NCBI GenBank assembly: GCA_963575745.1
Contig: CAUYUJ010000140.1
Coordinates: forward strand, 62,001-117,720
DNA: 55,720 nt
Origin: Prorocentrum cordatum
Lineage: Eukaryota
Reading direction: 5' to 3'
Under the pieces are notes generated by a model. That model ran no database searches. It was not told the origin of the DNA and saw only the letters and a list, made by a program, of their open reading frames with translations. Positions 21,895-35,606 of this stretch are shown here, one piece after another; position 1 is the stretch's first letter; every line of letters begins with the position of its first letter. A program made the position numbers and the translations under genes.

Positions 21895-22834
21895 CCAAAG
21901 CCGTGCGGTGACAGACCGTGCGGTGACCTCAAGGACCTCACTGGTCGGTGCGTTACCACACGGCATTGGGACCCTAGAGGCCCCAGCCGTCCGAGACATC
22001 CTCGAAGAGCGGCCTAAGACCCAAAACTGTGCGGTGACCCCGACTTCCCACCGACTCACCACACGGTGTGGCCACCACCCCGTTTGGGGGGGCCCCCGAT
22101 TCGTCGTAAAACTACCCTCCAAAAAACGCCCCCGTTTCTTCTGCTGTTGGAGGTTTCCTCGCCCCGGGCTCTTCTCCAGCAGCTGCGCCTCGCCGAGAGC
22201 GTTCCGAAAGTGCCCCCCGACAATCCCGAAAGGCCGCCAGAGACTCGAGCTGATGGCCCGGAAAACACTCGGGCCCCGCCGCATGCTGCGCCCACCCACT
22301 CCGCAAGCCCCGGGAGCGTCTGGAACTCACGAAAGCGTTAACACGGAGGCGTACCCAGCCATCTGCAACAATAGAGGAAGGAGAACTATGCACGCATACC
22401 TCTTCTGGCCAGGCCCACCCTGAGCCCAGAATCGATGCATACGCCCTCCTGCCTTGGCCAGGAGGGCCCATGCACCGATCCTGGGCCCAGGATGGGCCCG
22501 GCCAAGATCGGTGCACGTGCATAGTTTCTTCCGCCCGAAACAAGTGGCCATGGCGGTGGGCCCGCTCTATATGAAGATGGTCACATGCCAGGAGACGCAG
22601 TGCGTATGAAAACTACAGGGGTGGCTTTCGCGTTCCACGATTCACGGGCAATTCTCCTCCTCCTCCTCCTCCTCCTCCTCATTCTTCCTCGTCCTCCTCC
22701 TCCTGCTCATCATCATCCTCTTACAGGGGAACGGTTTCTGGTCACCTTGAAGGAGTGCGCGACGGAGGGAAAAGACTGCCGATCTTACTATTTCTGGGGG
22801 TCCGATGGGCCACCGCTATGAACAACCTACCTGC

Positions 22835-23395
22835 AGCAGCAGTTGCGCAGTTGGCAGCCCCCCCCCCCCCCCCGGGGCGAGCCAAGTCTAGTCTGGATCT
22901 GCGTGTCACTACACCCCGCTGGACCTGCCAGCAGCGCTCGAAAGTGGCGGCAGTTGCGCAGCTGGCAACTCCCAAGGAGCCGCGAGGTCTCGCCTGGGTC
23001 TGCATGGCAACCCGTTACGCTGGACCTCCCAGGAGCCCACAAAAATTTCGACGCGACGGTTGCGCAATTGGCAGTCCTCCAAGGAGCCGCGAGGTCTCGC
23101 GGGGGGGTGCGTGACAACCCACTCCGTTGGTCCTCCAAGGAGCCCACGAAAGCGGCGACGGTTGCGAAGCTGGCAGCCCCCCAGGGAGCCGCGACGTCTC
23201 CTTTGACAACCGCCTCCGCTGCACATCTCAGGAGCCCACGAAAATGGCGACGGTTGCGCAGTTGGCAGCTCTCCAGGGAGCCGCGAGGTATTCTGCTGGA
23301 CTTCACAGGAGCCCACGGCAGTGGTGGCAATTGCGCAGTTGGCAGTTCTCCAGGGAGCCACAAGGTCTCGCCTGACAACCGCCTCCGTTAGACCT
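22835..23395. repeat. Degenerate minisatellite, ~6 units of 80-112 bp
   Basis: Core GTTGCGCAGTTGGCAG..GGAGCCGCGAGGTCTCGC near 22841, 22953, 23059, 23161, 23252, 23331. Confidence 0.85.
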
Positions 23396-23509
23396 CACAG
23401 GTGCACACGACAATGGCAACAGTCGCTAATGATGCGCGACAGAGGAACTACAGTACCGTCCAACATGCTGGAAACGTAGAAGTCATGTGAACATTTGTGC
23501 ACATAAAGA

Positions 23510-24520
23510 ATTCACTGCGTGTGGCTCCCCATATTTGCATCTATTTGCATGGACCTGTCCGCCGTGAATGCCTGGGCACAAGGGTGTTCGAGACTAAACG
23601 CACTTGGGATATACACGGGTGTTCGTTTGGTTGAGTGTGAGTGGCAGTTGGTCCAGGTATGGGAGTCTGGGGATGAGTGGGTCTGTGAATGCGTGAGTCA
23701 GAGTATGGGCGAGTCTGAGTACGAGTAAGTCTGAGTGTGGGTAAGCCTGTCTGTGAGTGGGCCTGGGTACGTATACCACGTACGAGTCTAAGCCTAAATG
23801 GAACTGAGGACGAGTGGGTCTGACTACGAGTGAAAATGAGGGTGTGTGGGTTTGAGTGTGAGTGGGTCTGAGTATTTGTGGTTCTTAGTGTGAGTAGGTT
23901 TGACTGCGAGTGAGTATGAGTATGAGTATGATGAGTATGAGTCTGAGCCTGAACGAGTCTGAGTACGAATGAGTCTGACAGTGGTTGGGTCTAGGTGTGT
24001 GTGTGTGTCTGGGTGTGCGTAAATTTGAATGCGAGTGAGTCTGAGTATGAAACTGATGCGTACGAGACTGAATCTGAGTGAATCTGAGGACGGGTGAGTT
24101 TGAGCCTAAGTGAGTCTGGAACGTCTTCACAATCTGGCCCCATTGGGGTGCTGAAACCAGCGCCTCGCCCGAGACATCCTCAGAATCTGCTCTGAACGCA
24201 AACGAGTCTGGCCACCAACACCAGCAAACCGAACGAGACATCCTCGCAATCGCCCCCCCCCACCTCCCCAGGGTGCGAAAACCAGCGCCTCGCCCGAGAC
24301 ATCTTCAAAGTCTGCTCCGAAAGCGGAGGATGTTCAAGCCCAGAACAAGCAAACCGCTCGAGACATCTGGCGGCTCCTCCTTGGGTGTGCTGAAGCCAGC
24401 AACTCGCCCAAGACATCCTCAGAATCTGCTCTGAACGCAGACGGATCTGCCTACCAGAAAAGGCAAGCCGCTCGAGACATCCTCACAATATGGCCCCCAC
24501 TGGGGTGCGACAACCAGCGC
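23510..24520. repeat. Dispersed composite repeat (GAGTCT-rich block plus ~120-bp GAGACATCCTC units)
   Basis: Homologous blocks recur at ~28350-28500, ~29240-29360 and ~29410-29780. Confidence 0.75.
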
Positions 24521-25077
24521 ATCATCATCAGCATCCTCGCCGTAAGCGTCGAGCGTGTGAGTCGTCCACCTTATCCCCGTCCCCCTCCTCCTCCTACTCC
24601 TCCTCATCATCATCATCACCATCATCATCATCAGCATCACCACCAACTGGGGGATAATAAAATTCGGGGCCCCCGGGGATACTAATCGATGTGTCCCGAC
24701 AAGACGCACGTGGGATGGATCACGAGAAAGGAGGAGGTCGTGGTCGTCGCAAGAGGACGACGACGACGACCTAGCCCTGCCACACGTTCGTGACTTAAAT
24801 AAGACATACCACAAGGAGGGAGGCGGAGAGGAGAGAGATGGGGAGGGGAGAAGGAGGGGGAGAAAGGAAAGAGGCCCCAGGACCAGCTTTCTGATTCAAA
24901 TAATCGGATTCGGGAGATTGCGTTTTGTTATGTGTAAAACCTATTGTTGTTTCATCAGTTGTCTACGTCGCATGCGTAGGAGATCATGGTGGCCAGTTCC
25001 CACCTTTTTGGTGTAAAGCCGCCCCGCATATATAAAAAAACTCCGGGGGGGGGGGGGGGGCTAGGGGGAAAAAGGAG

Positions 25078-27284
<2,207 letters not shown>

Positions 27285-27625
27285 AAGAAATAATCCGCCG
27301 ACCCTGTCGGCGTGTGTGAGGGGCTGTGTCGTTCGTCGTCGTCGTCGTTGCAATGCTCTAGCGGGCTTGAGGGACATCGACCCATGTCGTAACCACGTCA
27401 AAGGGAAGCCCCTTCCCTTTGTCCCTTCCCCGGCGGGGGGGGGGGTCCCTGGGGGGGTCCCAAGGGGGTTCCGGGGGGGTACCCCCGGGGCGGTCGCCAC
27501 CCAAATACGCTTTCACTCCCCGCGCGTCCGGCGCGGTCCCCGCGCGGTTCCAGAAACCCGCGCGGCTTCCCAGTTCCCAAAATGCCCCAGGCTGAAAATG
27601 ACGAAAGACTTGAACATGTAGAACA

Positions 27626-28225
27626 ACTCCTCCTCCTCCTCCTCCTCCTCCTCCTCCTCCTCTTCCTCCAGTTCCTGCTCCTCCTCTCCTTCTTCTTCTT
27701 CCTCCTCCTCCTCCTCCTTCTCCTCCTCCTCTTCCTCTTCCTCTTCCTCCTCCTCCACCTGCTCACTCTGCGGACTCCGAACCCCAGGCTCGAGGATCGA
27801 AGCTTTCTGGCGCCGCTGGAGCCCTCTCTTCGGCCACCCTCCTCCTCCTCCTCCACCTCCTCCTCCTCCTCCTTCTCCTCCTCCTCCTCCTCCTCCTCCT
27901 CCTCCTCCTCCTCCTCCAACTCCTCCTTCTCCCGCCACCCCCTGTCCTACTCCTCCTCCGCTCCTCTTCCTCCTCCTCTTCCTCCTCCTCCTCCTCCTCC
28001 TCCAACTCCTCAACCTCTTCCTCCTCCTCCTCCCCCCCTTCCCCCTCCTCCTCCCCCTCCTGCTCCAACCTCCACCTCCACGCTCCTCCTCCTCCTCCTC
28101 CTTCTAGCCCCTCCTCCTCCTCCTCCTCCTCCGCCTCCTCCTCCTCCTCCCTCCTCTTCCTCCTCCTCCTCATCATCCTCCTCGTTCTCCTCCTCCCCCT
28201 TCTCCTCGCCTCCTCCTCCTCCTCA
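27626..28225. repeat. (CCT)n microsatellite with a ~80-bp interruption
   Basis: Directly visible. Confidence 0.95.
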
Positions 28226-28529
28226 TCTACCACAACCTCCGTCTCCGCCCGCTTCGTCACCGACGTCGTGGTCCACTTCAGGGTCGACGGCACCGGCCGT
28301 CAGGCCTTCGCAATAGTATTAGTAAGATTAAACCTAGTAGTAGAAAGTATTCAGTGCGTGGACGCCCCATCTGTATATCTATTAGCATGGACCTGTCCAC
28401 CGTGAATGTCCAGGCGCAAGCGTTCTCAAATATAAACGGGCTTGGGTATTAACGGTCTGAGAACGAAACAAACTGTGAATGCGTTGGAGTGTGAATGAGT
28501 CTTAGTGGTGCGAGTGCGTCTCTGCGCAT

Positions 28530-29185
28530 GAGCCTGGGGCCTCCTGGGGAGTCCTGAAACCTCCTGGGTCTTACTAGGGCCTCCTCGAGCCTCTTGGAAC
28601 CTCTGGGGGCCTCTTGGGGCTTCCTGTGGTCTCTTGAAGCCTCCTGGAGCCTCCTGGAGACTCCTGGGGCCTCCTGGGAAGGATTCGTGCCCCCGGGCAA
28701 GCCCAATCTATAGGAACATACGTAAACCACTTAGGGTTGGAAAGGACAACCTATAGAAACATTTGTAAGCCACACCATGTTCGTCCTCGAGGAGTGGCCC
28801 AATCTATAAGAACATGCGAAACAACATTCTGAATTAGAGCCACTCCTGTTGCCTTCTGACGCCTCTTGCTCCTGGGGCCTCTTAGGGACTCTTAGGGCCT
28901 TCCGGGGCATCCTGGTGCCTCCTGGCGCTTCCCGTGACCTCCTGTGGCCTTCTGTGGCCTCCTGGGGCATCCTGGTGCTTCGTAGGGCCTCCTGGAGCCG
29001 CTTGTAGCCTCCCCTGTTGCCTCCTGGTGCCTCCTGTGGCCTCCTGGGGCCTCCCGGGGATTACTGGGGCCTCCTCGAGCCTCCTGTGGCCTCTTAGGTC
29101 TTCCTGTTGCCTCCTGAAACCTCCTGGGGCCTCCTGGGGCCTCCTGAAGCTTTCTGGAGCCTGCTGCAGCCTCCTGTGGCATCTT
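28530..29185. repeat. Degenerate 10-bp minisatellite (GGCCTCCTGG-like)
   Basis: Decamer periodicity in two blocks. Confidence 0.85.
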
Positions 29186-30244
29186 GGGGGGGATCCGTGC
29201 CCACGAGTCTCCACGAGTAAACAAGCAAATCGCTTGATACATTCTCGTCATCTGGCCCCCCTGGGGTGCGACAAACAGCGCCTCGCCCCAGGCATCTCCA
29301 AAAACTGCTCCGAAAGCGGAGGATGTTGGGAACCCAAACGGGCAAACCGCTTGAGACAGCCCCACATTGTGAGCGCGAAGGAAGAGTGAGATACCCGCGA
29401 GGAGGCGGTCTGAGTGTGAGCGATTCTGAATGTGACTAAATCCGAATGTGAGTGAGTCTGAGTAAGAAAATGATGAGAATGAGTCTCAGTCTGAGTGGGT
29501 CTGAGTACGATCGAATATGACTACGAGTGGGTCTGAAGGTGGATGGGTCGAAGTGTGAGTAACTCTGGGTGTGCGTAAATCCGAGGGCGAATGAGTCTGA
29601 GCATGAGGAGTATGGTGAGTACGAGTCTAAAGGCGAGTGGGTTTGACCATAAGTGGATATGAGACATCCTCACACTCTGGGCCCCCCTGGGGTACGAAAA
29701 CCAACGCCTAGCCCGAGGCATCCTCAGACGGTGCTTTGAACGCATACGAGCCTGGCCGACTAAACAAGCAAACCGCTCGGGCGCGAAAGCCAGAGCGTCG
29801 CCGGAGACACCACCAGGCGTTATTCATGTACGACCCGTCGCAGGTTAAGTCTTGCGTCGTCAGTAGAGCTTACGGGTACTTGGACGATCGCGTGGTCTCA
29901 CATGACACCCCCTTGCTCTGCGCTGGCAAGCATGCGTACCGCTCGAGACATCCACGCCATTGTGGCGCGAACGGAAGAATGAGATACCCCTGGGGGTGTT
30001 TCGACCCGCGCCGCGCCGCGCCTCCGCCATCATCATCATCATCATCATCATCATCACTACCACCATCATCGTCATCAGCATCACCAGCAACACCATCATC
30101 ATGAGCAGAATGAATATCCGCAGCAGCAGCAACATCATCCTCATCATCATCTGCATCATCAGCATGCGAAACAATATCATCACAACATAACACACCATTT
30201 CATACCATGTCATACCATAACAAATATATCCGAGCATGGAATAG

Positions 30245-32888
30245 TCAAGTCAAGTCAAATACGCCTTGCACCAAACGGTGCGTGAGCAGGGGTGAAAAAC
30301 AACGTGCGCGAACCATGCAACCAGCGTGCCTTCAGCATCTGGTCCACGCCTTCACCGCGCGCTCCCACGCTCGAGCTGCACCACCCTCCGGGTGGAAGTA
30401 AACAGCGAGTCGTTCGCGGGAGCCTGCGACCTTGAGACAATTGTTCCAGACTAAATGACCCCATGTCTGCCTCGGTCTGACCCGCTTTCTCGGGCCGGCC
30501 ACCTTGCGTAGCTCCAGGGTGCCCGGCTCAAACACCGATCGCCTCACAGGATCTTGGCCAGGTCGGCGCGCTAGCTGCCCCATGTAGATCATGTGCCGTC
30601 TTGCGAGGCAGTCGCTGAGCTTCGGCTGCTCGACGATTCCAAGTACAATGGCATTGGATACTTTGTTGATGTACGCCGGAGATATTTGGCATATCCTCTT
30701 GATGCAACGATTTTAACCTACGTCGCTCTGCTTGGTTCGGACACGCAGCAAAGAGGGCGCACATCAGCTTGGACACCACGCATACGTTGAATATGTGTAT
30801 CTTCTGGTCTCTGGTCAGGGAGGCATGTGACCAAATCGCGTGTAATATTTTGAAGTCCTGCATGGCTGCCCCGAGTCTGCGGCTCAATTCCGAAGCACAC
30901 CTCCCGTCGGCGGACAGCGTCGTGCCCAGGTAGACGAGGGGCTGCTTGTTGACGATGGGATCGCCAGTGTTGTCCGTGACGCCGTCCTCCGTCCGCACCT
31001 TCATGAGCTCCACTTTCTTCCAGTTGAAGAGGAGGCCGTAGTTCGCCCCAAACTTCTCGACGTACGTCATCAGCTCCTGGACGGCACCAGCGTCAGCGCC
31101 CATGGGCAGGGTGTCATCCGCGTACACCAAATCCCGGACCAGCTCCTCCGGCACCAGTCCACCTCGTCGCTCACGAAGCTCCTTGTGGGCATCATGTAGG
31201 AGCGTTGTCATCACAACTGCGCACAGAAATGGAGACAGAGGGCGCCCCTGACAGATGGCGTACTCCTGCGCCCTCTCCTGCGACTTGGCGCCGAAGTCGT
31301 CGACCACGAATCTGCGGCTTTGATATCTGGCAACGACCATGTTGACGAACCGGCCTGGGAAGCCACACCTCCGCAGAGAATTTGCCAGCGCCTCCGGCGA
31401 CGCGCAGTCAAAGGCCTTCGCCCAATCCAAAGCCAAGAAGACAGTCTTGCCGTCTCTAGCAGCCCACGTTGCTTCGAGAAATCGCCGGGCAATGAATATT
31501 GCATCAGCCGTACCACAGTTAGACCTGAATCCGAATTGTGTCTTCCATATGCGCTGCTCCGCCATGCGCCGGAGCATTACGAGTGCGAACATCTTATATC
31601 CGATCGGGAGGAAGCCGATCGGGCGATAGTTATTGCAGTCCGCGGGGTCGCCCTTCTTGTAAATCATTCTCACCTTCGCCTTCTGCCATGCATCTGGCAC
31701 GTCGCCCCTTTTCCCATACCAAAGTGCAGAAACGAGTGATCCATTCCAGCGCCCGCGTGCCGTCCTCGCATGCTGCTCGCCAGAACTCCGGAAGTATGTT
31801 GTCCATGCCCCCAGCTCGGCCTTGCCTAAGTTTGCCCGCTGCCTTGCTTACTTCTGCCTCTGTGATGGCGTCGAGGACAATCGGCAGCTCGTTCTCGTGC
31901 AAGGCGTCCATGGGCATTGCTGTCGTAGGGCGCGCTGCCCACTGCACTCTTTCTAGATGCGCCGCCAGAGCGTCGGCCCGGCTGTCGCTGTCCACGAGCT
32001 GGCCCGCACCATTCTTGAGTCGACCTTGCTGCGGGCAGAATCCTTTTCGAAGCTTCCTGATCTCGCCCCAGTCTCCTTTCGCAGTCAGCTCTTGCAGCCA
32101 GGCGGCCCGGTCGCTTGCGACTGCTTTTCTGATCTCTTTCGCCACTATAGTCTCGTCTGCCCGGTCCCCCCTCTGTCTGGCCACGGCGCGACGATCTATG
32201 CTCTCCAGCGTTCGAAGCCGTATCCACGGCTTCCTCGGGCGTCTGGTCTGCCGCGGGAGGGCGCACCCCGAGGCGCAGAGGAATCCGTCAGTGAGTTGGC
32301 ACCACGCTAGGTTCACGTCGGTGTGGTCCGGCGTCGCGGTAGCAAACTCCTCCAGTGCATCAGCAAGCTCATGCGTGAATTTATGTCAGGCGTCGTAGTT
32401 TTTAAACTTCGATGCGTCTGCCCTGGCAGCCTCGGTTTCGGGCGTCGTCTTATCCACCGTCGCGCGGACGCGCAACTGCAACAGAAAATGGCGCGATGAA
32501 AGCGGCGTGTCCCGGCAGACGCTCAGATCGAACACACTATGAGACCAAGACTGGGCGCACAACATAAGATCTATCTGGGAATGGGTCCTCCAATCCACTG
32601 TTTCGCCGGCGGACCGTCCTACGTTGTAGTTGGTAGCCAGCTGCTCTCGTGAGTATGGGAAAGATGTATTGGACATGCGCATGCCCAATTGCGTACGCAT
32701 CTCCACCAGCAGGTGTCTGTTCGCGTCAGTTTGACAAGTCTGCCCCGGATGCCGAAACACATATGGTCCGACGACCTGCCGTTTCGTCGATCCTTCTGTC
32801 ATATAACTTCGCATTGAAATCTCCCAGAACCATCTTTGGACCATGAGCAGACTGATAATGGACGAATTCCCCAATATCATGATATAAT
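30245..32888 (-). mobile_element. LINE-D: 5'-truncated RTE-like non-LTR retrotransposon (APE C-terminal half + RT)
   Basis: APE motifs VLGDFNAK, SQIDLML, SRHFLL; RT motifs KKGDP..NYRPIG, QFGFR, LDWAKAFD, QGRPLSPFL, LVYADD, LVYLG. (TTGAC)3-type 3' tail at 30245-30258; 82-bp flanking duplication. Confidence 0.93.
30528..31700 (-). pseudogene. Reverse transcriptase domain of LINE-D
   Basis: 390-aa ORF with the canonical RT motifs including YADD; frameshifted relative to 31630..32316 and 32386..32880. Confidence 0.92.
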
Positions 32889-33824
32889 CATGCGAAACGG
32901 TAGCATCGCAACATCACACACCATTCCATACCACGCCATACCATAACAACTATATCCTAGCATGGAATAGCATGGCATAGCACCACATAGCATGCCATAG
33001 CATAGCACGCCATACCGTCCATGGCATACCGTTCCATGCCATAGCAAACTATAAAAACAACACGTGTTTCAGAACATGCCGTTCCATAACATAACATCCG
33101 GGAGTGACTCCGGGCGAGGGAGAGGAGGAGGAAGGAGGTGAGTGGGCGGCCCCATTTCGGCGCGGTCGGAGTAAGAACAAGCAGCCCATCCTTCGGATAT
33201 GGGGAACACGAACCCCATCCTTTGAATATGGGGTGCATGGTCACACGAAACTCAACACAAAGCCCAACAGCAACAAGCACCCATCCAACACAAACAACAG
33301 CACACAATCATAACATCAACAACCGAAGCAGCAACAACAACCATCATGTTAAGACGTTTCAGTCTTACCTGCTCGCGTGCCAGTAGCACGTATATCCCAA
33401 GACCTCGATACCCGCCCTCTTCGTCTTCGAACGTACCCTCCTGGGGGGGATCTTCCTTGCCTGCCGCGCGTCATTGGCGCAGCCCGTGGAACAGTGGAAG
33501 AGAGGACGGATGGAAGGGACAGGGAAAAAGATGGAGCACGTCATTGGCAGGAGTCGGGCTAGGAGCAGAAAGCACGCGGCAAAACCAGACGGGCTGATCG
33601 GGCGGGTAGACCCTTACAAGCAGGTCGGGAAGGCGGGCCCCAGCGGCCAGGTCGAGCAGGCGGGCTGCCGAAGCGCGAGCAGGTACTGCGATAGCGATAG
33701 CGATAGCCCGTGCGAAGGCTCGAGCCCCAAGTGAACGGCGAGAAAAAAACAAGAGCGAGAGCACGATTCGTGACTATCGGGAGGGTCCCCTTACAACGGG
33801 GTCCGGAAGAAGGCGGAGGAGGAG

Positions 33825-35606
33825 CGAACGAAACCAATCGGTCCCGTTCGGGGCGGCTACCGCGCGCGCGCGGCGGCCTGCCGACTCAGGTCGCAGTCGT
33901 AGTTGTTGTAGGTGGAGTACTTGGAGGCGTAGTAGTCAGAGGGCTCGCACTCGCTGGACTCGCTGGAGTCGCACTCGTAGGAGTCGCCAACCAGCCCAGA
34001 ATGCGACCAGTCGGACTCGGAGCACACATCTTCAGCGTAGCCGAGGCACTTGGCGAAGTCGTACATGCCGTCAAACGTGTTACAGTCGCACGTATCAAAC
34101 ACTCCGAGCATGTCCAACATGCCGCTCTGGAGGAGCCACTGCTGGTCAACGGCCAGCTTCGAGTCAGGGTCGGCGGGGGGCTTCATCACGGCATCGGGCA
34201 TCCCATCGGATAACTCGCTTGGTGACAGCGCTTGACCAGGCCAATCAACACACTCTGCAATATCTGTACTCCATATCAGGTCCAGCACGCAAAACAGGAC
34301 GTCGTTCAAGGAGTCGCCGGCAACCGGGCCGAAAGTACCGAGCTCGATCTTCTGGCTGGGAATGTGCTGCACCTCGGCGGAGCCCACGGACTTGCTGATC
34401 ATCGTCTGCTTGACGGTGTTGAAGGAGGAGAGCTCTTGCAGGTGTCTTTCCTGGCGTGCTAGCAGCGTCTGCAGTTGACTCTCGGCAATGGGACACTTGG
34501 ACTTGGACGAATCGATGAGGGAGTACAAGCATTGCGCGTCGAAGGAGGCGGGCGAGCACGACAGCGCGGCATCGGCGTCCACAGGCGTAGCAGGAGTAGG
34601 ATTAAGGAGCAGCTTGGCAAACGTGTGGATTATGTCGGACTCGTCCTTGGCGGTGGGCTGGTCCCTGATGTAGGCGATCTGGTGCACGGCGGTGGTAGCA
34701 ATCTCGTCCTTGGCGTTGAGCTGGTCGTGAGCGTTGTCGCTCTGGAGGTCGGCGGTGGAGGCAGTCGCGGTCTTGTGGATGATGGCCATGACGTCGTTCA
34801 TCAGCGAGGCCTGCTTGGTGCCCAGCTGGTCCGCGACGGTGGCGAACTGGTGCTCGGCCGCGGCGATGACGTCGGCCAATTCCTGCTTGAACTCGGAGTT
34901 TTGGTTCTGACTTTCTCAAGGAGGCAGTCCAAAGCGCGTTGGTCCTCTCGCCGTAATTTGTCACTCTCGGCAAGCGCGTACTCCAACGTCTCGAGCTTCA
35001 CCCGCAACACGGCCAAGGAAGAAGCCGAGTGGAGCACAACATCATCACGCGGACGACCATGGCCAGATATCACCTCAGACAAGGAGACGGTGTCCAGGGA
35101 GTTGACCTTGTCGGTGTTCACTTACTTGTAGGTCGGCGGTGCGCCAGAAGCCGACGAGGCAGCCACCGGTGGAGCAGCAGGCTCATCAGCACGCGCTTCC
35201 TGTAGGAGAAGACCAGCTTGATGCTTGGCTCGATTGGCATCTCGATGATATCGGAGACGCTGACGAAGAAGCTCGGGAAGCAATCCCGCACCAGCAGCAG
35301 CTCCGCGAGCGAAGTGATGAGGAGCAAGCGCATGACGATCACCAATGGCGTGACTCCCCATGGAGTGAATCACCTTCGCCGCTGACTGCTTCAGGAACAG
35401 TGGGACGGCCAGCCATCGTAGTCCAGGACCTGGAAGGGGTTGAAGAAAGCTACGTTCCTCAACCCGAGCATGGCGTGCCGCGCGGCTAGCCAAGGAGCGG
35501 CGTCCAGGCATGAGATCTGAAGGGGGGAGGCGCCAGCACTCGATGGTGCACGTTCGCAGCACACTACCGATGGGTCATCGGTGGCTTGAGCCAAAATGGC
35601 TACGGA
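33825..35606 (-). pseudogene. SL-capped retroposed transcript of unknown function (coiled-coil-like, decayed)
   Basis: Starts with an exact DinoSL; colinear broken ORFs 35122..35562, 34801..35121, 33857..34879. Candidate TSD AGARGGCGGAGGAGGAG (16/17) at 33808-33824 and 35608-35624. Confidence 0.72.
35585..35606 (-). other. Exact 22-nt dinoflagellate spliced leader
   Basis: Plus strand CTTGAGCCAAAATGGCTACGGA = reverse complement of TCCGTAGCCATTTTGGCTCAAG. Confidence 0.97.

Noticed and set aside
28730..28740. Telomeric repeat
   Set aside because: Single TTAGGG; no TTTAGGG array.
33115..33140. Alternative 3' boundary for the SL retrocopy
   Set aside because: Only a loose GAG-rich match; 33808-33824 matches the SL-adjacent flank better (16/17).
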